The translations under genes and the position numbers were made by a program. Below the pieces are notes generated by a model, which was not told where the DNA came from, searched no databases, and saw only the letters and a list, made by a program, of their open reading frames with translations. Below, one piece after another: positions 20,221-33,341 of a stretch of 64,000 nt of DNA. The stretch is from Rhizodiscina lignyota (taxonomy: Eukaryota), in assembly GCA_010015805.1 (NCBI GenBank), contig ML978128.1:186001-250000 (forward strand), in the 5' to 3' direction. The first letter of the stretch is position 1, and every line of letters begins with the position of its first letter.

Positions 20221-23200
20221 TCAATCACCCAGAACGTTCTCATCGGGCACCGCAGCGGGAGGTAGTTGCACGGGTACCATGTCTTTGTCGTCCTCAACTC
20301 CTATATTGAACTCTTGCGGAAGCTTCTCCGAAAGATTGATCGCGACGAAGGATTTGGGAAGTTTCACGCTACATTAAATATTAGTTCTGACACATAACTA
20401 GCAAATATTATTGACTCACGTGTGGAACTTCGCCCTGAGAGTCTCTAAAATCTCCCTCCATTCGATATGGTTCGTCAAGCTCCTCTTCGGCGCAATGCCA
20501 ATGCAATGTTTGCTGTCGAGTTGGACGTCGAGGATTTCGAATGTATGGCAACCCGGGGAAAGCGTGATCTTGATGCTGTAGTTGAAGCTCTCCGGAACGT
20601 CTCCCCTACGTGGGTTCCTGCTTTCGTAGAGCTCAAACGTGATCTGGCTCAAATAATCCAGCTCCGGAATCTTGTTCCTCGACAGCTTCGTCTCTACTCC
20701 ACCCTCCATAATGCAGTTAAGAAGCGTATAGATATGGCTCTCCTTCGTGAAGTAGAAGAAGCTCTTCGCGCCCTCGCTTGCTTGCACCTCTTCCAAGTCC
20801 TTAACAATCTCCTTCAGCAGCGGGAGACTCGTTAACAGGCCAATTTCTAGCTTCTCGCTGTTGCTGATGCCGTACTCCTGTGGCCCGATATAGTCGAACA
20901 AAACTTTCACTCTTGCGTATAACTCTCTCAGTTTCACGAGCCTTGCGTCTTGCTTTGCCCTTGCCATTCCGGTGGCACCGGTATAGAGTGAGAAGTACGA
21001 ATCTGCTTGGTGACTGTAAGAGTTTGCCTGGTCGGAGTCAGGCGCGCTTGTTGGTGCTGCTGACATTGGAAGTGTTTGAGGCTCTTTCGGATCGGAGCGC
21101 TTCCGAAGACCCATGCGGTGCGCGATAGTATCTTTGCCTTTGTCGTTGTCCTTTGGTCGCTCCTTCTCTGGAGGACGGTTCTCCTCAAATGCGATCCCAG
21201 GCGTGGTTGGCCTGCTCGCTTTCTTTTCTTTGCTGGAAACGTACTCCCGCATCTCCTCTTCTTGTTTTGGCATCTTTACGCTCCCGTCGTCTTCGAAGAG
21301 TGCATCTTCTTGTAGCATGCCACTGTCGGGCGTAAACACCCATTCGAGGAACTGTCGGTTGTGCAGCGCGTCGAATTTCATGCTATCGTAGAGCTCACTG
21401 ATCTTACTCGGATCTACCTTTTCGGTATCGCAGAACTCTGCAAACAGCTTCTCCCATCGCTCTCGGAAAAGCTCTGGGTCTTCTCCGCTGCACCATCGAG
21501 GCTGGATATCATTGATTTCCTTCGCTTGATTCAATACTCGTGCTGCAGCAGGGTTAATGACATGTGCGGAAGCCACAGCAGGGCCAATACCTTGGGAAGG
21601 TGATGGTGGACTAGCGCCGGGCGAAATTGGTGAGTTCTGGTTATTCGCAATGCCCGTAAGTGACAGGACAGCAGACGAAGCGCGCAACTTTGCAAAATTG
21701 CGGCGCATAACCTCGCGATGAAATTTCATGAGCTCCACGACCTTTCTAACGACGACGCTTGGCTCCGGCTCACCCTCCGGCCAAGCAAACTGCGGGGGTG
21801 GTTTGATGCCTTCTCGCAGCAAGGGCTTGAGCTTCTTCTTGACCTTGTCCATCTCGTCCTTCGCGGCATTCGAATCATCGAGGAGATCCTTTCTAACAGT
21901 AATAAAGTCATGGGGTAGGTCTTCGTCCGCAAGAAACGTACTAGCAAAGATCTGAGCGGTCGTTGTGCTGCGGCGCTCAGATGAACTGAACACTGTGACA
22001 TCATCGAGAGCCTCGCGGTTGAGTAACAATAATTCGGATCTCCAGTTCTGTCCTAGCTGCTGTGCTTGATAGCGCGAGGCATGGGTAGGCTCGCCACCCC
22101 ACTTGATGATGAGCTGAAGCTTATCGAGTATGAGATTCTTCTCCGCAGCCGAAATGCGTGACAAAGTGACACCGGCTGTTGAGTCGCTTCGACGTTGCGC
22201 CGGAGACGGTTCTTCACCCTCAGGAATGAGTGAATTCTGTCTCTTCGCATCAATGCTGGGAGAGTCATCGGTCTGAACCGGTGAAATTGGAGGCTCTTCC
22301 ATGCCTTCCAGGAGCTCTTCCTTCTTGCGCTTCCTGAACATCGGCTTGATCTGGACCTTAGTACCTGGCCAGTCACCCTTCTTGACGAGCGCATTCTGCA
22401 AACTTCGCAGCTTGTCCGGATCTTCCTCGCCAGCTTGGATGGCTTCTCTGACAGCGCTAAGGACACTACCCAACGCAGCTTCTCCAATTAAGAGGACTTC
22501 TTCTGTGTGTCCTTTCAGCAAATCAACAAATGGTCTACTGTGGAAAGTAAACTTGAGCTTTTGCTTCGGTGTTCTGTCAGCATGGCGGATCACAGATACG
22601 ACACCTTTCAGTTGCCACTGTGCCTTCGAAGCCGGTGCTGGAGCGGGGGGCGGAATGTGTTCGTTGGAAACTGAAGCTGGAACTTCTGGAGGAGGCTGAA
22701 GTTTCGCTTCATCATTCAATTTCCTCAAATCCGGCTGAGACGATATGACAGGTGATAGTGGTATTCCAGTACTTGTTCCGGAGGTTCTCTCGAAGCTTGG
22801 CGGTGACGTTATTGGTACTGTGCTGCCAGACAGATCTGGCGAAACGCTTCCGTGAGTACGAAGATGCAAATGCGGATGATGACTTGCCAGGTTCTTCATA
22901 CTCGGAGATTTAAAAAGACTCTTGAGTGTGCTTATGTGGTGTGACGCGGTGCCACCCTTCCGTTGAGGGACAGCCGCCCGCTCTTCCACCTCCTGTTGTG
23001 GCGCTTTGCGTCCTTGAGCTGTCCGTCGCTCCTTTTCTTCCGCAAACATGTCTCGAAGTATCTTCGCGCACTTATCATAATATTCGTTGTTATCCTTGAC
23101 AAAACTCCATCCGTTGACGTCGATGACATAACTCTTGTCCCCAACACGGAGAAGATCGAATCCGCAAACACGCTGTCCGAAACCGCTGGAGATCTTGGAC

Positions 23201-24938
23201 GCAATTTCAGCCTCTTCCTTAGTCAAACTCGTAATGTAGCGAATCTCTTTCCCGCTGGGATTGCGTTTTACAATGCCATCTACCACAGGAGACTTGCGAG
23301 TCTCGGCATGGCAAAAGTCGGGGCCAACAGTGTATGCTTTTACATCCTCCGCATTTGCGACTTGAAGGAACTGCTCATAGATATAACTACGATCTGGCTC
23401 TGTGATCGAGCGCGGCGTCGTCAAAGAATCGTCTTGCTCGGAACTCTTGTTATTGATTTTCCGGAAGAGACGACGTCCACCGCCACCCCTATTGTAGACA
23501 TGTATGTTGTGGTCTTCGCCACTGACTGGCTTCTCCACGAAAGGCTTTCGAATCTGTCTCCCATCCACTTCGAGAACGTCGCCGTTTTCGAGCAATCGGA
23601 CCTTCTTGGGAGGCTTCATGCCACCTCCTGTGCCATCCTCAGAGCCCTCAAGCTTCACGCCAGTTGTCTCGTAAACAGCCTTTGCAATATCTGGTGAGGG
23701 AAGCCGTGGACCACCATCACGATTGACCTCAACGCGATAAGGGGTCGGCACCTTGAGTTGATCCAAAATCTTCAGACATAACCTCCGATCCCAGAGTACC
23801 ATTTGCATTGGCAGATCATTGACACAGAATGGCTTCCTCAACTTTGCATAAGCAATGGCCTTGTCAAGCGGAAACCCGTCGGAGAAGAATGAGATGAGAA
23901 AGTCACAGATTGGCCAGTTTTCGACGGCCTCATCCAATATGACCTTGTCTCCGAAAATCTTGACTTCAAATTCATTCTTTGCGATCAGTCGGTTCAGAAT
24001 GTTCCTGCTCGGTTTGCTGCGAGCCTTATTGTCCAGCGCACAAACGCCAATGACACCAATTGAAGGTGTCCGTCTTTCAGAACGTTCACTTCCCGGACTT
24101 GCACTGCCAGGCGCTTGACTCCCGCTTATTCGCCTCTGTGCTCTTGTTCGGCTTCGAGATCGAGTGACTGGACCAGAGGTGTAGGAAGCAGGCACTGACC
24201 CTGGCTGAGACGTTGAGGGTAAAAATGAAGGTGAGGATGGAGACGTGCTTTCTCGAGGGGTCAATGTGTGAGGAGCGTTGCCTACGCCGTTGATATGGCT
24301 TGCTGTTGTCACGGAGAGCGGTGTCGTTGCAGTAGTGGGTGCCAGCTCGCCATTCTTGACTAGTACGCATGTTAGAGAACCTGGCATAGATCCTTATGAA
24401 CGAATTGCTCACCCTCGGGCTCTGATCCTGTCACAGAGCTGGGATAGCTCGGAGCAAGACCTCGAGCTCCATTGTATATGGCCGAGCCAAGAGAATAGAG
24501 TGAGGAAAACGACATCCTGTTCGACTCCGTATCACCTTCTGAGGGCTTCAACAGACGAGGAGGCGACTCTGGCAGCCTGTCACCAATCTGATTCTGGCCA
24601 TCCGTCCCATAGTCTGCTGCATCCACAATGGCACTTCCACCACCACCAGTTGTATTCCCGCTTTCGGCTTGGAGAGCGTTCAGAGCATTTACGTGTGAGT
24701 CTGACGCTTTCGAAGGCCGCCGATGATACTGTCGATTCATTGTCTTGCTCACTGGTGGAGGCATAGAGATGCTTGCACGATCGGATGTGCCATGGCTGCC
24801 GTTCGAAATATCTGCTTCCGCAGAGCGAGCCTTCCGGCCGGAGAAAGAGCTTGCAGAACTGAGGGAAAGGACGTTCGTGTGGCCTTTGGAATTGGAATTA
24901 AAGCTCTCAGCACTGGGCGTGCGCACGAGAGTATCCAT
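20221..24938 (-). CDS. VIP1: Inositol hexakisphosphate/diphosphoinositol-pentakisphosphate kinase (Vip1/Asp1)
   Basis: ATP-grasp kinase (KARSKPSRNIL, HAETRKSPVVDG, IDVNGWSFVK) plus acid-phosphatase-like RHADRTPKQK. Exons 24938-24413, 24359-20420, 20368-20221. Confidence 0.96.
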
Positions 24939-26656
24939 TGGCGTGTTGAAGAGGGTGGTGTGGAGCGGGAAGAGGCGGCCTAGAGGATTAGCTCTTTAGG
25001 GTGACATTGGCAAGCGGCTGTTGAGAAGCACTAGGAACCTATGACGACAGAGAACAGATAAGAAATATATAGAAACTGATATCCCCGGAAAGCCGTCCTA
25101 CCAATTGCGCGCACAGGGCGTTGAAAGAGCTCAAACTCGCATCTCGACTATACATTCGAACAAAGCAAGTGGGCTGTAGATGAGGGGCAGGGCAAATTTT
25201 CTTTGGTGGTGAAGAAGCACGCCCCCACATCCCCATCGTCGTATTTCAGCTGTGACAGGCTGATCATCCGCACCACATGCGTGGGATTCAAAGTCTGCTG
25301 CTTCTCCTTTCTGCTGCACAAGGTCACGCCAGTTACATCCTTGATTCCCCATCTGGCTCGGCACAGCCTCGCGAGATCTCGCTGCTTATTGTCTCGTCCG
25401 TCTGGCCTTGTACTACCACACTACCTACCGCTGTAAGCGATACGATCTAATGATCTATCTGATGACCCAAGCAGAAGTGTCTTGTGACTTCCGAAGACGA
25501 CTTCTCGCTCCGCCGAGCTTTCCGAACACAGATTGACAAGTTCTTAATTTGGGAGTTTATTCCTATCACCGTTTGAAAGTTCAAATCCATCTCCTAGTCC
25601 GTTGCTAAAAGTCCTGCTAACGTCGGATGCGTAATCTCAAATGCCTCCTTTCTAATTGGGCTGTAACCTCTTCATCCATACCATTTGAATAAGAATTCCT
25701 TATTCTCATGGATCCAGTCTCTCGGTGTTAGGATCTCTAGCTGCATCACCGTCGCGCCTTGCTCGCGTGCCCGCACAGTTGACTAATGCACGACCCAGCG
25801 CGAGACTATGATGGCGTAACGGTACGACCAACATCCTAGCCTGGCACTGATTTTAGGACTTCATCCACAATCAGAAGCTTCGGCATGAGGCAAGAGTTGG
25901 AGTTTCATGACGCTTAAGAGCTCGGACGGCTGGATAGCCTGCTTTTCCATCTGTGGCTGCTTGCTCTCCATGATTCGTTTGATCTCCTGCTTGTCTCATC
26001 GGACATGATAAGCAGAAAGCGGAGAAGATCAACATGAGTTAAGACCCAAAAACAGAAGCCACCGGTAGATTCTTGGCTTTCCAGAGGAAGAGAAGGCCAC
26101 AAACATTGGTTACTGAAATTGTTGGCGGATGCAATAGGATTTAAGGGTCTACTCAGTCGGAGAGATACAGATAGGCTCTTTCAAGTTCAATGCACATAAT
26201 GCAAAATTACCATTTACATATTATGGGATTCTATATCTAATTCCGAAGTAACTGCGGTAGCAGTTGTTCTCACTTGGAGCCACAAGGCGAAAGTCGTGGG
26301 TAACGCGCTAGGGCAATGAAGCGGACTGAAAGTTGAGCGTGTATCAATTAGACGGCTAAGCATTGTTGCTCTTTTTGTGAATCGGGCTATCTACATGCCC
26401 CAACCCCACAAGCCTCTCCCCCCCGAGCATATAGCCCACTGTGCTTTAGTCGAACCGCTCCAGAAGTCAAATTTGAGCTCAAGGGTAGACAGCCCTGCAA
26501 TGCGCCGGTACCTGCATCGTGAAGCGTCGTAAACAGCTCAAAGCATCGCAGCATTAACAGTGAAGAGGAGAAATTCCCATTGCCGCCGAGTAACACGCAT
26601 GCAGGATATTGGAAAGGTGAAGAAGTAATTTCCTGGTGAGCTTGGTTTGTCTCCCA

Positions 26657-28109
26657 CTAAGCTCCATCGCCATCATCGTCCGGCTGATCAAAGAGGAAGT
26701 TCGCGGCAAGCTCCTCGTTCTTATCGCATGCGAAGTAGGCCTGGATGACGAGATCACGTTCGAAGCCCAGTCGACAGAGCTAGAAGAATGTTAGTTTGAC
26801 TTCATCGGGATCATTCATGTTTTGAATCATACCCTCTCAATCGCCTCACGCTCCTCATCCGTCACACTAATCGCCTGAGCACCGGGAGGAAGCGGGGTGT
26901 CCTCGTCGCCATCTTCGGCAAGAAGTTGCAGGAACTGATCTGGGTCTGAGGCGATCATCTGGGCGAGTTGCGGGTTCCCAGCGCCGACTTGTTGGAGAAT
27001 TGGCTCAAGCATCTGCGGCTGTTGCTGCACGATCTGTCGAAGCTGCTGGAACTGGGGATTGCTGCGCAACCAATCAAGGTTGGCCGCAGCTCCAGTCGCA
27101 GCAGCTGGTGCACCAGCACCCGCAGTACCAGTACTCCTAGCTCCAGATCCACCACGGCTGCCACCTCGTCCAGCTTGTGCAGCGGCTTCGAAGAGGTTGA
27201 TAGGCTCATCACCACCACCTGTGGTGGCAGCTGGCGTCGTGCCAGCGGCCGCTGCAGGCTGTGCAGCACCCGTTGCAGGTCTAGGAGAAGCCGCCGCGGG
27301 TGGTGGATCGTCACCACGAGCGTTCTCGGGAATGCCGTTCAGAAGGTACTCAACAGCACGGTCCGGGTTGAAGTACGCTGCCCTCATCGCACGGTCAATG
27401 TCTGCCCGCTCAAATCCCATGCTCTCCATGTTCGCTATTGCCGCTGCGCGCTCGTTGCCCAAGGCAAGTGCAGACGGATCGTTGAAGCGAGGCGCGGATT
27501 CGGTCGATGCTGGAGCTGGTGAGGGAGTGGCAGGTGCGGCGGGAGTTGATGAAGATGCCGGAGCCGGAGCTGCCGGTGCTGCGGGAGTCTGTGCAGGAGG
27601 AGCAGAAGGTGTCGATGGTGCAGCTTGACTTGAAGAAGATGCAGCTGGTTGAGCTTTTGGCTGCCAAACTGTTAGGGCCTACGTGCGAAGGGGACATGAA
27701 TTGTGAGGGACAAACTTTTGACACCATGCAGACTACAAATCCCTTCTCCTCAATGTTATACGATTCAACGGTGTTGCCATCTTGGAGAATCTTGCCTATG
27801 AGTGGCCGTGTGAGTTATCTGTCCGTACAGGCATGGCCCGTTCGAAAACGTACCAGAATAGATCAATTTCTGCAACGACGGCTCCCAGCCTTTCTCGGCG
27901 GCGATCTTGGCCTTGACATCGGAGATCTGTTGAAATAAAAGCGGTTAGAGAATCTAGTTGTTCACGTTTGAGTGAAGATAATCTCACCTTGTCAGAGGGC
28001 TCAGCCTCTATGACAAACTTTTGTTGCTTGAGATCCTGCGTTTTCAAGTTAGGTGGGACTCTGGCGCGGCGCTTGAAGAGACCGGGCATACCTTGAAGGT
28101 AAGCTTCAT
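26657..28109 (-). CDS. RAD23: UV excision repair / ubiquitin shuttle protein Rad23
   Basis: UBL MKLTFK|DLKQQKF...QKLIYSG|KIL; UBA1 [29 protein letters not shown]-binding domain; UBA2 [28 protein letters not shown]. Six exons. Confidence 0.96.
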
Positions 28110-30396
28110 CGCGGAGTTGCTCGTCTAGCGTAGCCAGTGGCAGTGTTGTTGATGGAGAGGTTGTGCAAGATTCAAGAGCTTGCAGAGACTTAAGAGTCGA
28201 TGATATATGCTAAGAAGAGGCGTGTTGGTGCTTGCGTGAAGGCAGAGGTGGAGCAAGGTGGGAGGCGTTTAGGTCGACGTAGTTGACGTTCTTGGCGCCT
28301 CGCAGGCATCGGCCTCGGCGAAACTGTGGAAGGCACTGGCAAGAAGGCGATCGAACTTGTCCGTAAAAGGAAGGGTCCATGGTCGTGATCGTGCGGAACG
28401 CCACATCTCACGCCGAGCACTTCGCCTTGCCATTTCCCTTTCGTGTTTGAAATCACTTTATCTAAGCAGCTGTCACGGTGTTTCTGAGGAGTATCTAACT
28501 AGTCCTTCTTTGACTTCACGCGTACACGGAGCAGAGAGCGAACACTCGATGTCAAACCGCGACCAACGGCTAGTTTGTGTTATTAATTACGGAGTATACT
28601 TCGCACACTGCTCGATTGGAGGAGCAGTTGAAGCTACATAATACTAATCACGACGGACCTTCTGGCTCTTCAATTTCCAGATCCAACGATGAGGTTAAGG
28701 TGATATCTTATACTTTTTAATGCCTCTTCTAACGCTACTCTTCCAAGCCCTCATTCACGTGGTTTTCCACTCAGTCAAACTCCGTTCGCCGTGAAACATT
28801 GGCAAAATCCTACGGGAGAATCCAAACACTCCGAGGCCCATTGGCAACTTTCGTCACGCAGGAAAGCAGCAGCCGCCTTGCCTAGGGAGGATCGCATCGT
28901 CCACGGTTTTCCTGGCTCTGTAATCGCAAGGGTACATATTCCGGCCGAGGCGCTCGGGCACTACAGAATGCTAGGCACGCTAGGATCCGTGGACGATCGT
29001 CAATCAGGCGCGAGAACGCACGGAAAGCTCTAGTATCGATTTGAATTTGAACTGAATGACTAGCTTCCTTCTGTATGTAAGATACAGGAACCCTCTCTTC
29101 CCCGCGCAATCACCGGTCCTTTCATTTGTGTGCGCAGCGCCGACGTAGCGCGGGCCTGGCGCGACTGACGAGCTTCCAGTACGGTAGTACCCGTCTGACT
29201 ATTCTTGGTGAGAACAGGCGCAGTACGTTTGTACGACCTGCGATGGGTCACTGCATGCCGGTGGTGGTGCAAGTAGCTGGTGTCCTTCTACAATGCCACG
29301 CTCCTCCAAGACAAGCTAGGACTTCGAGGATGGACTTCGAGGCCTCACCGGTGCGCCCGCAATATGAGCAGTTCACGTTTGGCTTCTCGCGTTGTTTTGA
29401 TGAGGTGCTACATACAGGGCTGACCCGCCCATGACGCGCTAGCGAGCGGAAGTTAACCATTGGCGGAGCTGGTGCATGTTGTTATTGCCCACAGGCTACA
29501 GCTTCCCACCAACATTCTAGAAAGGCACAATTTCGCAGTGAGCACAGCAAGATCTGAGCATCGGCGCTGTTATACTGAATTGGAGTTTTATGAGCTGCTC
29601 TGGTCGTTTGCCAATGCTCTGAGCTCGCCTTGCAAACCGAATTACAGAACGCGTTGCGCGAATCAATCCGCCGAAGCTTAAAGTGTCCCTAGACGCCATG
29701 ACCTCCGCTCTAATTAGTGCTTCACGCGTCCCACACGACGCGCTGCTGCGAGCATGGTCCCTGCAGCTCCTTCTCTGTTGTACTTCCGGCCATGGACGCG
29801 GTCTTAATTGCCTCTATATTTGCAAACGGTGCCCCCGCCCGTCCCTCTGAGCTGTAAGTTCGTCATTTTCGTCGCTCGTTGATTTTCCCTCGTCCTATCG
29901 AATTCATTCAACGCGCTGCACTTTCGTACGAACGATACTGCTCGACAACAATGGAATTTTGAAAATGCGTCCAGTTTAAGAGCTGGAAATTACAGGATCG
30001 GGTCTTTGGTCGACCCTCACTTTCGTTTCAAAGGGAAACTCCAGAGGACGGTTCCCTCTCTTCCGCAAACCTGGCTCATCGACCACATACAACCTCAGCT
30101 CTGCCCGTTGATGATTGCTACCGTCAGAATCTACGAGGGACCTGTCCGCAAAATCCTCACTCCAAGGTTCGACTTTATTGCGACACCCTTTCATCCAGTT
30201 GATTCGCCCGCTTCCCTTTTCAGTATCATGCTCAACGGCGTTCATTTCTCTTTTCGGTGGTCCGCAAGTCTCGAGCTGTGATCGTTAGCTCCTTCACCCA
30301 CTATTTCGCGAAGCTTGGGCTTCCTGCATTTCACGGCCTGCATCTCTGTCCTCGGAGAACCTCGAGCGCATTACAGGAACCCTTTCCAAGTCCACA

Positions 30397-31728
30397 ATGC
30401 AGTTAGAAAGGGTCGTATTCTGGTCGTTCGGGGCCACAGCCTTTCCGTTCCTATCGACATCGACGGTCCTGACCATCCTTGATGCTGTTACTACTTCGAC
30501 ATTGCATATGGAGGTTGTCGTTGCCGCAGCAGTGTTCGAAGTAATAGCGCTCGGGTGTCTCGCCCTAGTCCTTGTCCTGCGCAGTGCAGACTGGTCCGGG
30601 TATCGCCCGCCATCGAAGATGCGAATTCTTCTAGTCCCATCAATCTGCGCAACATTTGCAACTTTAGCTGGAGCTTTAACGCTTGCGGAGCTCATATTGC
30701 GGGAAAAGGAAAACCAGGCTGCTTCTCGTATGAACGCTGATATTGCCATTTGCGCTGTGGCCATATTCACGCAGGCCATCTTCTACGCCACAGCCCTCAT
30801 TGCTCGCCCACGCTTGGACAACAGCTTGTATACAAGATCACAGGATGATATACGCGCGACTACTCCACGGCAGGACCCAACGCCTCCAATGTCACTACGG
30901 ATCTTGACTCCGCCAAAACCTCTAATTCGTCGAGATTCGAATCCTTCACCTACTCTCACTAATAACTCGTCGAATTCGTTGCCATCACTACGAACCTCTG
31001 TCAATCAGATGGTGCGGCCTATCACATCGAAGACGAAGCTCATCACATCACGGGTGAATACTTCACATGACACAAAACTGTCACAATCGCTCCGCTCATC
31101 AATCGACAGCTTCGGCCAATTGGATGCCTTCGACACTTGGGACACTTCGGACGTCGATTCTCAGAACCGTGATGCTGTCCTGCACACAGCTTCTCGTCGC
31201 ACACCAGCATTAGAGCCCATCCCAGGTAGCCGGCCGGCAAGTAGGGCTCTGGAATCTCTGGAAGCTGCTCTATCAGACCCGTCTCTTCCAAGAACAGCAT
31301 CCACTACCCCATCTCCAGTTGAGCAGATGTCATCGCCAGTTATAGACCGTCCTATAACAGCTTATTCGAACTACACGAGCCGAAGTCGACACGGAGGATC
31401 TATGGTTTCGCTGACCTCACGTCCCACTAGTCCTTCTGTCAACGAGGCGCATATCCACCCGCTCTTTCGCACAGACAGTCCGACACCGCCTCCAGCTGCG
31501 ACTCCAGGCACTGTCATTCATGCCTCGCCCATGGGCGGCCAGTATATCGCTCCTCCGAATCGACCATACAGCCGAATGAGGGCTGGTAGTCGGGAGACGC
31601 TGCGCGGAAGAAGTCCCTCTCTGCTACGCTCGACAAGTGTCGAGAACGTTGCGCCAGGCATCGAGACACCGCCGAAAAGGGAGCTGACACCGCCTATTCC
31701 GGACTTCATTCTCTCTGGAGTCTCATGA
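30397..31728 (+). CDS. Hypothetical membrane protein, about 4 N-terminal TM segments and a long Ser/Pro/Thr-rich tail
   Basis: 443-aa ORF; hydrophobic N-terminal third; FDTWDTS and EAHIHPLFRTDSPTPPP motifs in the tail. Confidence 0.75.
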   Translation: MQLERVVFWSFGATAFPFLSTSTVLTILDAVTTSTLHMEVVVAAAVFEVIALGCLALVLVLRSADWSGYRPPSKMRILLVPSICATFATLAGALTLAELILREKENQAASRMNADIAICAVAIFTQAIFYATALIARPRLDNSLYTRSQDDIRATTPRQDPTPPMSLRILTPPKPLIRRDSNPSPTLTNNSSNSLPSLRTSVNQMVRPITSKTKLITSRVNTSHDTKLSQSLRSSIDSFGQLDAFDTWDTSDVDSQNRDAVLHTASRRTPALEPIPGSRPASRALESLEAALSDPSLPRTASTTPSPVEQMSSPVIDRPITAYSNYTSRSRHGGSMVSLTSRPTSPSVNEAHIHPLFRTDSPTPPPAATPGTVIHASPMGGQYIAPPNRPYSRMRAGSRETLRGRSPSLLRSTSVENVAPGIETPPKRELTPPIPDFILSGVS

Positions 31729-33341
31729 CTACGCGTGATTTGAGGATTGATGGATCTGTTCTCTTCTCCGGTGGAGACTGCTTCATTTCATTCTTTGGAG
31801 AATCAACGACCTTACGAATTCCGTTTGTCGAAAACCTGAAGATCCTCTCCAGCGAATGCTTACACCCTGGAGACAAGTCCTCACTAGAGAGCCACACTCC
31901 TTTGTATATGATAGGGATGAAGAATTTGGGAAAGAAGGGCTTCATGAGGCACGAGTTGGAAACGATTTGGGCTTGAAAAATGGGTGGTTCGGTCAGGATC
32001 GGGTCAGTCGGGTCACGAAAGACGTAATTGTGGTGATCCATCTCCTGCGATGATCAAACCCGCGCTCCAATGTCACTTTGAAACGCGCTGGTAAAACTTT
32101 TTGGCCCTGTAATCGGTCTATGCAGCAACAGGCGCCCCAGCCGTAAAGTGTATCTAGCAGAAAGCAAACGGATAGCTCAAATACAAGAGCGCGTCTACTT
32201 CCACATTGTTCTCATGTGAGCGATTTCCGAGGATGATATTGCCTGGCTCCCGGCTCAGTGGACCGTTTTGTGGGATCACGAGCTCTTCGAGGAGGATGAT
32301 TGGAATGCATGGAACACGGCAGGGATCGAGTCAGGGATCTACGGGGCGGGACGTGGGCAAGGAGTGAATGAAAATTTTCCAGGGTGTACCGAGTTGGTAT
32401 TGATATCTACGGCGTGAGTAACATATATGAGTATATAGAACGGAGGATACCATTTAGAGAGCTGTAGGCATAAGTAGCAGCCTCTCTTTCTCTCAGTGGT
32501 GGCGGATTGCGGAAGATCAATGATGATTTCAATTTGCTGACTGAGACACTGTGATCAAATGTATTTGGGTAGAGACAGCGCGGCGCTCCTGCACTGGAGT
32601 TGAATGGAACTTAATGAACAGTGAAGGGGCCCAAATAAGACGCAACATAGCATTGCAGACGACGACTGATGCTCACCCTTCTCAGCTGTGCGAAATGCTT
32701 AACGCTTCCACCTGCGTGCTGAAAGCGGTTAGCGCATGGCACTAGCGTCGAGGGCTGCATTGGGGGTCGAGCCGATACTCTACTCGCTTCGTTCGTCAGA
32801 TACTTTGTTCAGTCCCAAATCAGCGCGCTGCTTCGCTGAACATTTGCGCTCCTGCGTGCTCTCAGACGGCTCTGTGGCCCTTTCGCCAAGACTCGCTACG
32901 TCCACCTGGGCCATCTGCTTGATTTGTTGCGCTGTTTCTGAGGCGGCGCAAATTGCAACACCTCTTCACGCGATCTGCTGCACCAGGTGGAGGACTCTAT
33001 GAAAAGTGTGAGTAACTTTCCATCCAGCCGATAGTCCACTCTTCCGAGTTGCCATGGTACTATAATCGTTTATGCGATGCAAGATTTTGTACTCCGCGCT
33101 ATTGTGCTCTTCTTTGCCAACATTTTCTGGAGGATTCCGGGTTCCGCTGACCATACATACCCAGGCCGCGACAAAAGAACAACATCAAGCACAATAAGCA
33201 GGCATCAATCTGTTGTCATAGCTATTCACTACAGTGCTACATTCATCCTCGCCTGCTCAAGGTAAAATTGCTCATCCTCTGTTTCTCATCTTTCGCCGCT
33301 TCCAGGAACACAACACTGACAACGAAACAACAGCGGCAAAC

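Noticed and set aside
25551..25600. GTTCAAATCC as a tRNA T-loop
   Set aside because: The flanks do not form a T stem, and no cloverleaf can be built.
26968..27938. Long plus-strand ORFs over RAD23 (likewise antisense ORFs over VIP1, NEO1, SEC16 and TIF6)
   Set aside because: Antisense shadows of GC-rich, codon-biased real genes.
28190..30300. Short ORFs in the 2.3-kb RAD23 / membrane-protein intergenic region
   Set aside because: No domain signatures or consistent splice structure; likely promoter and 5' UTR.
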